Under the pieces are notes generated by a model that had not been told where the DNA came from, ran no database searches, and saw nothing but the letters and a program-made list of their open reading frames with translations. A stretch of DNA of 29,950 bases from Candidatus Cloacimonadota bacterium (GTDB taxonomy: Bacteria; Cloacimonadota; Cloacimonadia; Cloacimonadales; Cloacimonadaceae), in assembly GCA_016875595.1 (NCBI GenBank), contig VGPI01000001.1:1-29950 (forward strand). The letters run 5' to 3'. Each line of letters begins with the position of its first letter. Positions within the stretch are counted from its first letter, which is position 1. A program made the position numbers and the translations under genes. Below are positions 1 to 9,233 of the stretch, one piece after another.

Positions 1-2701
1 GGCGGGTGAGTGGGATCGCCTGTTCCAGTTGCTCGCGGTGGACTTCAAAGATCAGCTCATCATGCACCTGGAGGATCATTTTTATCCCGTCCATTCCGTC
101 GATCCGGCGATGGATATTGATCATGGCGATCTTGATCAGATCTGCGGCGGTACCCTGGATCGGCATATTGACGGCGATGCGTTCTGCCTCACTGCGCAGA
201 CGGCTATTCGAACTGGCAATGGCAGGCAGATAGAGACGCCTGCCGAAGAGGGTCTCGCTGTGGCGATGGATGCGGGCTTGGGCGATGCAATGATCGATAA
301 AACTGCGGATGCCGGGAATGCGCTGGAAGTAATTGGCAATGATCTGTTTTGCCTGGATCTGTGTGATGTCCAGTTCACGGGATAGTTTCACGGCGCCCAT
401 GCCGTACAGGATGCCGAAATTGATCACCTTTGCCTGTCGTCTTTCTTCGGGCGTGACTTGCTCCAGGGGCTTGCCGGCAATGTAGGCGGCGGTCTGACGA
501 TGAATATCGAGATCTTGGGCAAATGCCTCGAGCAGGACATGATCCCGGGACATCAAAGCCAGCAAACGCAATTCGATCTGGGAATAATCCGCTGCCAGGA
601 TGAGATGATCCGGATCGGAGGCGATGAAGGCACGGCGGATCTCTCTGCCGATATCGGTGCGGATGGGAATGTTCTGGAGGTTGGGATTGGAGGAGGAGAG
701 CCGTCCGGTGGAGGCGATGGTCTGATTGAAGGAGGAATGGATCCTGCCGGTGTGGGGATTGGTCATGCGGGGAAGAGCGGATACGTAGGTGCCTTCCAGC
801 TTGGTCAGCTGCCGGTATTCGATCAGGAGATCGGCGATGGGATGAACGTCGCTGAGTTCTTCCAGGACGACAATATCGGTGGACATGCCGGTCTTGGTTT
901 TTTTCCGGACGGGCAGTTTGAGGTTTTCAAAGAGCAGTTTTGCCAGTTGCTGCGGGGAATTGAGGTTCAGTTCATAGCCGGCGGTCTGAAAGATCCTGCC
1001 GGTCAATTCCTTGAGGCGGAGATTGATCTGATGGGAGATGGCGCTGAGGACGGCAGGATCGATGCGGACGCCGGTTTCCTCCATTCTTTGCAGGACGGGG
1101 ATGAGGGGCAGGTCAATATTGTCATAGACCGGGGCGAGCCCCTGAAAATCAAGCTTGCGACGATAGATCGGATATAGCCGCCATACCGCCCAGGCGTCCT
1201 CCGCCGAATAACGGCAGGCAGCTTGCACGTCCACCAGGTCGAAAGTGAGCTGGTTTTTGCCTTTGCCGATCAGGTCGCTGATCGGGATCATGGCGTGGCT
1301 GAGTTCCTTCTGGGCACAGTTATCCAGCGAGTATTGATTGGTGCCGGGGTCGAGGATGTAGGCGGCGAGCATGGTGTCAAAGATGGGATTGGTCAGGATC
1401 ATGCCGTTGCGCCGGAGGACGATGAGATCATACTTGAGGTTGTGACCGAGCAGCAATTTACCGGCAAGAGCAGCCATCATCCCGGGGCGGAGATCTGCCA
1501 GCGGGACATTATCCACCATACCATGCGCCAGCGGAATGTACCAGGCATGGGTATCGCTGGTGCAGAAAGAGATCCCGACCAGATGAGCAGTGACGGGATC
1601 GGTGCTGTCGGTCTCGGTATCAATGCTGATGATGGGGGCATTATGCAACTCGGTGATCAGGACATCAAGATGAGCAGCGCTGACCAAGCGCGCTTCGAAT
1701 GGAGCGCTATGCGCAGGGGCGGTATCCCTAAGCGCCCTTTCAGTTTGGATCGCATCGTTCTGACCATCAAGATCGAAGATATCGGCTTGGGTCTCGGGGG
1801 CATCATTTTGTCCCGGAGGGGTCGGTTCAGGAGAATGACCAAGGGCAGCGAGCATCTTATGGAGGCGCTGCCGGAGGGAGGGGATCTCATACTCGGTCAG
1901 GAGATCCATGGCTCCGGCGAGATAACTCCGGTTAAACTCTGGTGGGATCAGGATTTCTACCGGCACCTGACGGCAGATGCATGCCAGATCCTGGGAGAGA
2001 TAGGCATCCTCACGGTGCGTGATCAGTTTTTCCCTTACTTTATCAGGTAATTGACCGAGGTTGGCATAGATATTATCGAGGGTCTGATATTGCGAGAGGA
2101 GGTTTTCTGCGGTCTTGGGTCCGATGCCTTTGACGCCGGGGATATTGTCAGAGGCATCGCCGATCAGGGCAAGATAATCTATGAACTGCTCGGGCGTAAT
2201 ACCGTATTTGCGAATCACTTCCTGGCGATCGATGGTCATGTTCTTCATCGGGTCAAACAGCGTAACGGCTTCTTCCACGATCTGGGAATAATCCTTGTCA
2301 CCAGTAACGATGACGATGCGATGATCCCTTTTGTAACGCTCTGCCAGCGTGGCAAGGACGTCATCGGCTTCATAGCCCTCCATCGCCACTTCCGGCACCT
2401 GGATGAGACGGAAGAATTCCATCACCGGCTCCACCTGAGAGATCAGGTCATCCGGCATAGGGGGGCGGTTGGCTTTGTAGAGTGCGCTGCGTTCGTGACG
2501 GAAGGTGGGTTCCTTGCGATCAAAGGAAATGATGATGTGGCGGGGTTCGAGTTTGTCCAAAAAATGGAGAAAGGAATTGACCACCCCAAAGATGGCACTG
2601 GTGTTCTGCCCTTTGCTATTGATCAGCGGATTGCGGATAAAGGCGTAGTAGGCACGGTAGAGTAAGGCGGTGCCGTCAATCAGGTAGAGCGTTTTGTCCA
2701 T
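1..2701 (-). CDS. polA: DNA polymerase I (3' end outside window)
   Basis: Manual minus-strand translation from ATG at 2701: MDKTLYLIDGTALLYRAYYAF (5'-3' exonuclease), ExoI IDTETD, ExoII GHNLKYD, ExoIII YSAED, motif B RRQAKVINFGILYGM, motif C QVHDEL. Start, ExoI and motif C were checked to share one frame. The plus-strand ORFs listed here are its antisense shadow. Confidence 0.97.
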   Translation of the reverse strand, partial: MDKTLYLIDGTALLYRAYYAFIRNPLINSKGQNTSAIFGVVNSFLHFLDKLEPRHIIISFDRKEPTFRHERSALYKANRPPMPDDLISQVEPVMEFFRLIQVPEVAMEGYEADDVLATLAERYKRDHRIVIVTGDKDYSQIVEEAVTLFDPMKNMTIDRQEVIRKYGITPEQFIDYLALIGDASDNIPGVKGIGPKTAENLLSQYQTLDNIYANLGQLPDKVREKLITHREDAYLSQDLACICRQVPVEILIPPEFNRSYLAGAMDLLTEYEIPSLRQRLHKMLAALGHSPEPTPPGQNDAPETQADIFDLDGQNDAIQTERALRDTAPAHSAPFEARLVSAAHLDVLITELHNAPIISIDTETDSTDPVTAHLVGISFCTSDTHAWYIPLAHGMVDNVPLADLRPGMMAALAGKLLLGHNLKYDLIVLRRNGMILTNPIFDTMLAAYILDPGTNQYSLDNCAQKELSHAMIPISDLIGKGKNQLTFDLVDVQAACRYSAEDAWAVWRLYPIYRRKLDFQGLAPVYDNIDLPLIPVLQRMEETGVRIDPAVLSAISHQINLRLKELTGRIFQTAGYELNLNSPQQLAKLLFENLKLPVRKKTKTGMSTDIVVLEELSDVHPIADLLIEYRQLTKLEGTYVSALPRMTNPHTGRIHSSFNQTIASTGRLSSSNPNLQNIPIRTDIGREIRRAFIASDPDHLILAADYSQIELRLLALMSRDHVLLEAFAQDLDIHRQTAAYIAGKPLEQVTPEERRQAKVINFGILYGMGAVKLSRELDITQIQAKQIIANYFQRIPGIRSFIDHCIAQARIHRHSETLFGRRLYLPAIASSNSRLRSEAERIAVNMPIQGTAADLIKIAMINIHRRIDGMDGIKMILQVHDELIFEVHREQLEQAIPLTR

Positions 2702-2717
2702 AATCTATTCTTCGCTT

Positions 2718-2744
2718 AGGGCGGTGAAGGAGACCGCCCCGACG
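2718..2744 (-). repeat. REP-like 27-nt hairpin, copy between nitroreductase and polA
   Basis: Minus strand CGTCGGGGCGGTCTCCTTCACCGCCCT, with stem GGGCGGT/ACCGCCC; 22/27 identical to the copy at 29042. Confidence 0.7.
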
Positions 2745-3638
2745 TTATTTTTTGCCGACCGTGGCGATGTAGATGACGAATTCCTCTTCGCCGTCCACGC
2801 CAATGACCGTGTTCATCTGTTCATCGAGGAAAGCGCCGATCATGCAGGCACCGCCTTTGATCGCCTCGGCAGCCAGATGCAGGTTTTGACCGATATGCCC
2901 GGCATCGAGATAGAGGTAGCGATAACTGCGCTGTCCGTAACGCCAGGCGGAACGGTAAGGGATCGCTGTCCAGATAAATACCACGGGTGCAGTGCGGAGC
3001 ATCTCCTGACGGAAACAGCCCTCATAAATGGCAGCGGCGATTTCCTCGCCTTTTGTGACAACGACGAGTTCATGGTTGATCGGGTGGTAATAGTACAGTC
3101 CCTTTTCCATGCCTTCAATGTTGTTTCCCAGAATAAAAGTCTCGAAAGGGTGACGAGCGCCGGCAGAGGGAACGTTGCGCAGGGTGATCTCCATCTTTTC
3201 GTTGCTGCGGTGATCGCGTACCCACTGCGTTGCCCAAAGCAGCCAGGACAACTCATCCGGAGAAATGGGAAGATCTGCATACTTACGCAAACTACGCCGC
3301 GTAGCAATGGCTTCCGCCAGGGTCAGGCGCGGCTTGATCACCTCACGCACATCGGGAAGGGCGATCACCTCGCCCTGGCGTGGTTTGACGGCGGCAGGGC
3401 GGTACAGGTCCTTTTCCTGATCGCTGGGCTCGGAATAGATATATCGGGTCAGGCGGACAAATTCAGCACCGATATACTCCGCCCGGGGTTGTTCATTCTC
3501 GATCTCCTGCAACAAGACCTTGAGATTGGCTTCATAGAAATCATACTCGTCAGCTGTGATCTCTGCTTCCTTGATGATCTGCTCACGGTCAAATCCGCGG
3601 TTCTTGTAGTACAGGTAACCAAATGTCTTGATATCCAT
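2745..3638 (-). CDS. SagB/ThcOx-family dehydrogenase (FMN nitroreductase fold) with N-terminal extension
   Basis: Motifs RRSLRKY, RNVPSAGARHPFE and YRYLYLDAGHIGQNLHLAA. Start moved to ATG 3638, which follows an AAGGAGG Shine-Dalgarno. Confidence 0.88.
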   Translation of the reverse strand: MDIKTFGYLYYKNRGFDREQIIKEAEITADEYDFYEANLKVLLQEIENEQPRAEYIGAEFVRLTRYIYSEPSDQEKDLYRPAAVKPRQGEVIALPDVREVIKPRLTLAEAIATRRSLRKYADLPISPDELSWLLWATQWVRDHRSNEKMEITLRNVPSAGARHPFETFILGNNIEGMEKGLYYYHPINHELVVVTKGEEIAAAIYEGCFRQEMLRTAPVVFIWTAIPYRSAWRYGQRSYRYLYLDAGHIGQNLHLAAEAIKGGACMIGAFLDEQMNTVIGVDGEEEFVIYIATVGKK

Positions 3639-3690
3639 GGGAGTACCTCCTTGCATCGGCTGAGTGCCATCCTCTCCGTCTGACTCAGCT

Positions 3691-3750
3691 TGTCAAATAT
3701 AAAAATCGCCGCGGGCAGTTTTCTGGGCATGCTACGGATATTTCTTGACT
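3691..3750. promoter_or_regulatory. Divergent promoter region, candidate -35 hexamers
   Basis: TTGACA on minus (3691-3696) and TTGACT on plus (3745-3750) between divergent genes; -10 elements are weak. Confidence 0.4.
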
Positions 3751-3793
3751 TAATCGCCGGATGGAGGACAGTGGCTTACCAAAGGAGCGAGAG

Positions 3794-4420
3794 ATGAAGA
3801 ACAGACGAATCCTATATCTGCTGCTCATTATGGCAGTAGCGATCATTCTGGCCGCCTGTGAATCCGGTGGCAAGATCAGGGTGATCAACCGCACCGACTA
3901 TCCAATGTATGCCTCAGTGGACCGGGAACAAACGATCGTTATCCCGGGCGATAGTGAGCATGTCTTTGAGATCGATACCGATACGCAGACCTTTTATAGC
4001 GGGGAGGTAAAGAAGCAAGCATGGTTGAAACTCATAGGGGAAACATATACGATATTCGATCATTTTGAAGAGGTTTATGTCGATTCCACCCAAATCACGG
4101 TGAGGGCAGGGAAGACACTAAATGTCTTTCTCGATGCCAATCGTGCCAGCGTCAAGATATTGAATAGCAGCGATCTGAACATTGTAAGGGCAGAGATCTA
4201 CCAGGACTTTGGGGCTTATGATCAGGTGGTGGGATTGCTGGAGAATATCGCTCCGGGAGAAGAACGGTTCCTGCGGGTGAATTATGCCACGCCCACTTCT
4301 CAGTTCTTCTATCGGGTAAGGATCATGGACGAGAACAACCTCGTGTATAACTATGGAGGAAATCAGACCATACTGACCGTGGGACAGCAATTCCTGGTCG
4401 TCTTTACCAGCGGTAAATGA
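3794..4420 (+). CDS. Hypothetical lipoprotein with two similar beta-rich domains
   Basis: AAGGAG SD then ATG 3794. Signal MKNRRILYLLLIMAVAIILAA-C with lipobox LAAC. ATGA overlap with the next gene. Confidence 0.85.
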   Translation: MKNRRILYLLLIMAVAIILAACESGGKIRVINRTDYPMYASVDREQTIVIPGDSEHVFEIDTDTQTFYSGEVKKQAWLKLIGETYTIFDHFEEVYVDSTQITVRAGKTLNVFLDANRASVKILNSSDLNIVRAEIYQDFGAYDQVVGLLENIAPGEERFLRVNYATPTSQFFYRVRIMDENNLVYNYGGNQTILTVGQQFLVVFTSGK

Positions 4421-5421
4421 AGCTCCGGCTGTTGTTTGACGTCGGCAGGGCTTATCCGACGCCATCTCGGCTAAAGGCGGCGGCGGGATCCTGGCTTGCC
4501 TATCGCCGGTCTTTGCTCCGGGGCAAGGCATGGCAACCCTTATATCCTCCGGTGTTGATGGTGGAACCGACTAATCTGTGCAATCTCCGCTGTCCCCTGT
4601 GTCCCAGCGGCAATGGTAACTTGAAGCGTCCACGGGGGATGATGGGCATGGCGCTTTTCCGACAATTGATCAATGAAGTGTATCGCCAGATCGGGATGCT
4701 CATCCTCTGGAATCAGGGTGAACCCTTTTTACATCCGGGGATCTGGCAGATGATCAATACTGCAGTGCAGCGTGATATGTACGTCCTCACCTCCACCAAT
4801 TTCAGTATGCCAATCGATCTGCAGCGCATTCTGGATAGCGGTCTTCATCATCTGATCGTGTCGATGGATGGGATATCTGGGGCTACATACGATCAATACC
4901 GGGTCAATGGCGATTTCGAGCTGGTGATGCGGAATATGCGTGATCTTGTCCAGCTGCGCGGACGCCGGCGTCATCCCTATGTCATCTGGCAGTTTATCGT
5001 GATGAAGCACAACGAGCATGAAGTGGCAGAGGTAAAACGCCTGGCAAAGGCGATCGGGGTTGACCGGCTGGAATTTAAGACCGCTCAGATATATCATCCT
5101 GAGGACATGCCCCGCTTTCTTCCGCAGGATGGCAGTTTTTCCCGCTATCATATAGAGAATGGGGAGTATCGGATCAAGGCAGAGCTTTTGAATCGCTGCC
5201 ATCGCTTATGGATGCAGCCGGTGGTGAATTGGGACGGTGAACTGGCGGTGTGTTGCTATGACAAAGACCTCTCGCTCCCGATTGGGAACGTCAGGGACAA
5301 GGGCTTTGGGGCTCTCTGGTTTGGAGATCGGATCAACGCCATCCGGCAACAGATCCTGAGCGACCGGAAGGTCTATCCGATATGCCGGAATTGCGGAGAA
5401 GGCATCAGCCGGCGGGTGTGA
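4417..5421 (+). CDS. Radical SAM protein with C-terminal SPASM/twitch-type Fe-S domain
   Basis: CNLRCPLC (CxxxCxxC), WNQGEPFL, and C-terminal C...WDGELAVCCYD...CRNC. Confidence 0.92.
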   Translation: MKLRLLFDVGRAYPTPSRLKAAAGSWLAYRRSLLRGKAWQPLYPPVLMVEPTNLCNLRCPLCPSGNGNLKRPRGMMGMALFRQLINEVYRQIGMLILWNQGEPFLHPGIWQMINTAVQRDMYVLTSTNFSMPIDLQRILDSGLHHLIVSMDGISGATYDQYRVNGDFELVMRNMRDLVQLRGRRRHPYVIWQFIVMKHNEHEVAEVKRLAKAIGVDRLEFKTAQIYHPEDMPRFLPQDGSFSRYHIENGEYRIKAELLNRCHRLWMQPVVNWDGELAVCCYDKDLSLPIGNVRDKGFGALWFGDRINAIRQQILSDRKVYPICRNCGEGISRRV

Positions 5422-5458
5422 AGCCGGCGTTGTTCAGATCAAATCAGATCCGAGCGCA

Positions 5459-8356
5459 TCATGTCAGGCAGATAAAGGGACGCACCACTCCAGCCCGGAT
5501 GCGGGTATGAGGATCGATCAGGCAGTTCTCTCCGGTCTTAAACAGATCGATCATCCGCGGGGGCATTGCTTGTTCGCCAAAACCTCCAAGGATCAATAGC
5601 GTCAAGGGGATGCTTTCAAATCCGGTGTTGATCACGCCCGGCTCAAAACCCAGGTATGAGACCAGTTGCCCGGCGAGGATCATATAGATGATAACGCCGG
5701 TGGCTCCCGAGCCGGCTAAGGAACGAAGAAAACCAGTATCCGGTGCAAAGGTAAGCACAAGGACTTTGTCCTTCAGATCGGCATCGGTGAGTTCTTTCGG
5801 GCTCCTGATCACGGCAATCTCTCCATGGCTCACCTGTCCAAATCCGATCCGGGCAGTCAAACGCCTGCCGGAATAGCGGATACTGAGCCCTTCTTCGGGT
5901 TGCACCGCCGTCACGATCCCTCGCACATGTGCCTTAAATTCCATCGGTTTGTGCAGATAGGTAATGGTCAGGCGTCCGGTCTGTCGATCCAGATCGGTGA
6001 TCGTCCCGGTGATCGGTGCCATCACCAGTGCTGGTCTGTTGCTGTCTTTGTATCTCTCCAATCGCTTGGCGATCAGTTCATTTCGATAAACGAAATCGCC
6101 GACATTTTTAGTCAGGTAACGGGCTGCAAGCTTGGGTGGAACGCCTAAGCGTTCACCAAGATCGATGGTTGCGGGCTTGGCGGAATAATCCTGAATCTCG
6201 GACAAAACCACAATTCCGGATTGGGCGTTGACGAATTCGACCTTACCGTGGACAGGGGAAATCTGTTTTCGGGCATGGCGGAGGTTGGAAGGTAGTGCGA
6301 CCTCATCCGGAACCTGGGCATAAGCGGCGTTAAAATCAAGGACATCTCCCACCTTAACCTGAAGGGAACGCGCTATGACGGCGGGTTTGAGTTTCAAGGA
6401 CAACAGCGCATCCAGAATATACAGTCGGGGAGGATTAAAACGGTTCAGGGCAACCACGTCGTCGGGCTCGACCTGGTCACCGGCAGAGACGTTGACATCG
6501 CCCTTGTAGGGGAGCTTGATCTCCCTGATCCACTCGCTGGGGTGCAAATCATATTCATCGATCACATTGGTGATGGTGGGTGCAAGTGGATGGTCTCCCT
6601 CATAGAGCTGTATTTGCTGCTCTACTTTATCCCGGTGGGCGTAGGGTTTGATCCGTGTATCGATGATCAGAGGCAGGTCGGTGGTGAGATTTGAGCTCAG
6701 GGTCTCCTTGCCCAGCATTGCGCCGTTCAGCGCTTCCAGATTGATCTGCTGTGTGCCGGCATTCAGGTAGTAAAACTCATCGGGCATGATCTCCATTACC
6801 CTGGGCTCGCCATCCGGATCAATGGTCATTCGTAGCACCGCTTTCTGCTGTTTGGTCGAAAACAACGGAGAAATGTGCACAGCGAGTTTCTCCAGACAGG
6901 CGTTTGCCATCAGATGCTCAGCCCCAGACGGATCAACCGCACTCAATACACCGAGATGGGGACTGATAAAATGGCGATCCATCCAGATCTCGGTGATGCC
7001 CTTGGGCTGATAAGCATCGATCAGGATCATGATGGTTTGTTCTGGCTTTTGCGCATGGGCAAAGACGCCTCCGGCACCGATCAGCACATCCACATCACTG
7101 GGTGAAAAGCAGTATTTTCGCTCTTCCCGCGCATATTCAAAGATCACCTCAAACCTGTCGTTGTCGGATTTGCGCAGTTTATCCAGGAATCCTATCTTGG
7201 TTGTATTGTAGTGCATCTGGTAGTGCTGGATCAAAGCCATGGACAGCGCTTCCCGGGCAATGGCGTGTTCAATGCGGAAGTCATTCTCAGACCGGGGATT
7301 GGAGGTGGGATCAAGGGTTCTATTGGCGACATAGTTGCGTAGCATGTCCTCATTGATATGATCCGGTAGCCAGCGTATGACCGAATTGATCCCGCTTTCT
7401 CTCAAGACGTTCAAAGCACTGTAACTCATACCGAGATTGGCGCTTACGGTGCGATGGAAGTGGACATTGACATAGGAAAAGATGTCAGTGGTTGCGCCGC
7501 CGATATCGCAGGCAAAGATATTGCGGGATTGTTTGCCGGTAGCGATGGAGAGCGCTTTTTGTACTCCTGCGGGAGTAGGAATGATATTGGTCGAGACCAG
7601 TGGCTTCAAATACGTATAACCGGGGGCATGCTCCATCACGTTTTCCATAAATAGTTGCTGGATCATATCCTGCGTGGGCTGGAGATTTTCGTGATCCATC
7701 TCGGGACGCAGATTTGGCAGGATATGCAGGTCAAAGTCATCACTAATCAAACTCTCGATCAAAGGTGCGGCATCCCGGTTGCCGGCATAGATGGCGGGTA
7801 TCCTTCCAGCGGATGCAAACTTTGGTTCGGGAGCGGCGATTCGAACGATCTCTGCCAGCCGTAACACACCCGAGACCGCACCTCCGTCCGTTCCGCCACA
7901 AAGCAGGATCATATCCGGATGCAGATTGCGCATTGCCATCATCTGTTGCATCGCCTGTCGCTTATCATCAATGGCAAAGGTATCCAGGATAACGCCTCCA
8001 GCACCATAAGCGGCACGTCGCGCACTGCTGGCAGAATCAAACAGGGTAAGCCCGATCACGAGGATCTGCAATCCCCCTCCGGCGCTGCTTGTGGTGAGGT
8101 AAGTCACTTCCGGGGAGAGCGATAAGTCCGGCTCTACAGAGTTCTTATCACGCAATTGGATCCCGCTCTGGTTCTCCAATGCCTGGATCGCCCGGCAGAT
8201 ACCATATCTGACATCCGACACGGGTTTCTCGACCGTGGTGGGAGAATGGCTAAAGGCGACTATTGAGGAGGTGCCTTGCCGTCGGTCTAAAAGGATCGCT
8301 TTGGTGGTGGTGCTTCCGATGTCGGTGATTACAACATAAGGCGCTAAACTGTCCAT
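5459..8356 (-). CDS. MutL/GlmL-like (ASKHA) ATPase fused to an uncharacterised ~350-aa C-terminal region
   Basis: Actin/Hsp70-type motifs TDIGSTTTKA, DIGGATTDIF and GAGGVF. The C-terminus has repeated V-x-x-G-D and SP/AP-x-x-G-x-V/I segments. GGGAG SD. Confidence 0.8.
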   Translation of the reverse strand: MDSLAPYVVITDIGSTTTKAILLDRRQGTSSIVAFSHSPTTVEKPVSDVRYGICRAIQALENQSGIQLRDKNSVEPDLSLSPEVTYLTTSSAGGGLQILVIGLTLFDSASSARRAAYGAGGVILDTFAIDDKRQAMQQMMAMRNLHPDMILLCGGTDGGAVSGVLRLAEIVRIAAPEPKFASAGRIPAIYAGNRDAAPLIESLISDDFDLHILPNLRPEMDHENLQPTQDMIQQLFMENVMEHAPGYTYLKPLVSTNIIPTPAGVQKALSIATGKQSRNIFACDIGGATTDIFSYVNVHFHRTVSANLGMSYSALNVLRESGINSVIRWLPDHINEDMLRNYVANRTLDPTSNPRSENDFRIEHAIAREALSMALIQHYQMHYNTTKIGFLDKLRKSDNDRFEVIFEYAREERKYCFSPSDVDVLIGAGGVFAHAQKPEQTIMILIDAYQPKGITEIWMDRHFISPHLGVLSAVDPSGAEHLMANACLEKLAVHISPLFSTKQQKAVLRMTIDPDGEPRVMEIMPDEFYYLNAGTQQINLEALNGAMLGKETLSSNLTTDLPLIIDTRIKPYAHRDKVEQQIQLYEGDHPLAPTITNVIDEYDLHPSEWIREIKLPYKGDVNVSAGDQVEPDDVVALNRFNPPRLYILDALLSLKLKPAVIARSLQVKVGDVLDFNAAYAQVPDEVALPSNLRHARKQISPVHGKVEFVNAQSGIVVLSEIQDYSAKPATIDLGERLGVPPKLAARYLTKNVGDFVYRNELIAKRLERYKDSNRPALVMAPITGTITDLDRQTGRLTITYLHKPMEFKAHVRGIVTAVQPEEGLSIRYSGRRLTARIGFGQVSHGEIAVIRSPKELTDADLKDKVLVLTFAPDTGFLRSLAGSGATGVIIYMILAGQLVSYLGFEPGVINTGFESIPLTLLILGGFGEQAMPPRMIDLFKTGENCLIDPHTRIRAGVVRPFICLT

Positions 8357-8468
8357 GGCATCTCCCTAAATACGATTCGCTGATCGGATGATAACCTCGT
8401 GACCACGACAACATCGATCGTCCAAGAAGAGAATTGCCCGATGATAAATCTCACTACTGATCTGCCGG

Positions 8469-9182
8469 TCAGAGCAAGCGTAGAAGCTTCATAATCTGCA
8501 GACGCCAGACCATCCAGGCAGCTTCCCAGGCGATCCGGCGTGACATTTTGGATACGCCGTTGATTCTTTCGGTAAAGATGATGGGGATCTCTTTGATGCT
8601 AAAACCCTTGACCCAGGCACGGAAGTTTATCTCCACCTGAAAAGCATAGCCATCGGAGAGGATCTTCTCCAGTTCAATGGTTTCCAATACCTTGCGGTTG
8701 AAACACTTGAACCCACCCGTGGGATCCTTGACCGGCATCTTGGTGATCACTCTCACGTACTTAGAGGCAAAGTAGCTGAGCAGAAGACGGCGGATCGGCC
8801 AGTTGACGATATTCACACCGTTGCAATAGCGAGAACCGATCACCAGGTCATATTTCTGTGCCGCTTCGATCAGGCGCGGGACATCCAGAGGATTGTGAGA
8901 GAAATCGGCATCCATCTCCATTATGTACTGGAAATCCTGAGCCAGGGCGTACTTAAATCCAGTCACATAGGCAGAGCCAAGACCCATTTTGCCAGGCCGG
9001 CGGATAAGATGGATGCGCGGTTCATTGTCCTGTAGCCGGTGCACGATATCACCCGTCAGATCAGGTGAGCCATCGTCCACCACCAGGACCTCGATCTCCG
9101 GCGACAGCCCCAGCAGGATGTTCAGCAACCGTTCGATGTTGTCCTTTTCATTGTAGGTCGGGATAATGATCAGCGTCTTCAT
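8469..9182 (-). CDS. GT2 glycosyltransferase, polyprenol-monophosphomannose synthase (Dpm1/Ppm1)-like
   Basis: IIPTYNE, VVDDGSPD, GLGSAY, MDADFSH, DPTGGFK and GYAFQVE motifs. GGAG SD favours ATG 9182 over 9194. Confidence 0.92.
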   Translation of the reverse strand: MKTLIIIPTYNEKDNIERLLNILLGLSPEIEVLVVDDGSPDLTGDIVHRLQDNEPRIHLIRRPGKMGLGSAYVTGFKYALAQDFQYIMEMDADFSHNPLDVPRLIEAAQKYDLVIGSRYCNGVNIVNWPIRRLLLSYFASKYVRVITKMPVKDPTGGFKCFNRKVLETIELEKILSDGYAFQVEINFRAWVKGFSIKEIPIIFTERINGVSKMSRRIAWEAAWMVWRLQIMKLLRLL

Positions 9183-9233
9183 AAATTGCTCCATACCTGA
9201 ATAATAATCCGCATTGCCCGTATGTGCAAACTT

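Noticed and set aside
1000-1900. Degenerate proofreading domain or intein in polA
   Set aside because: ExoI/II/III acidic residues are intact and the length (about 900 aa to just past motif C) leaves no room for an insertion.
6-2665. Long plus-strand ORFs 29..385, 458..1177, 1223..2050 and 2051..2665
   Set aside because: All lie in the single frame antisense to polA codons and carry no recognisable motifs.
2694-3683. 329-aa plus-strand ORF
   Set aside because: Antisense shadow of the SagB-type gene.
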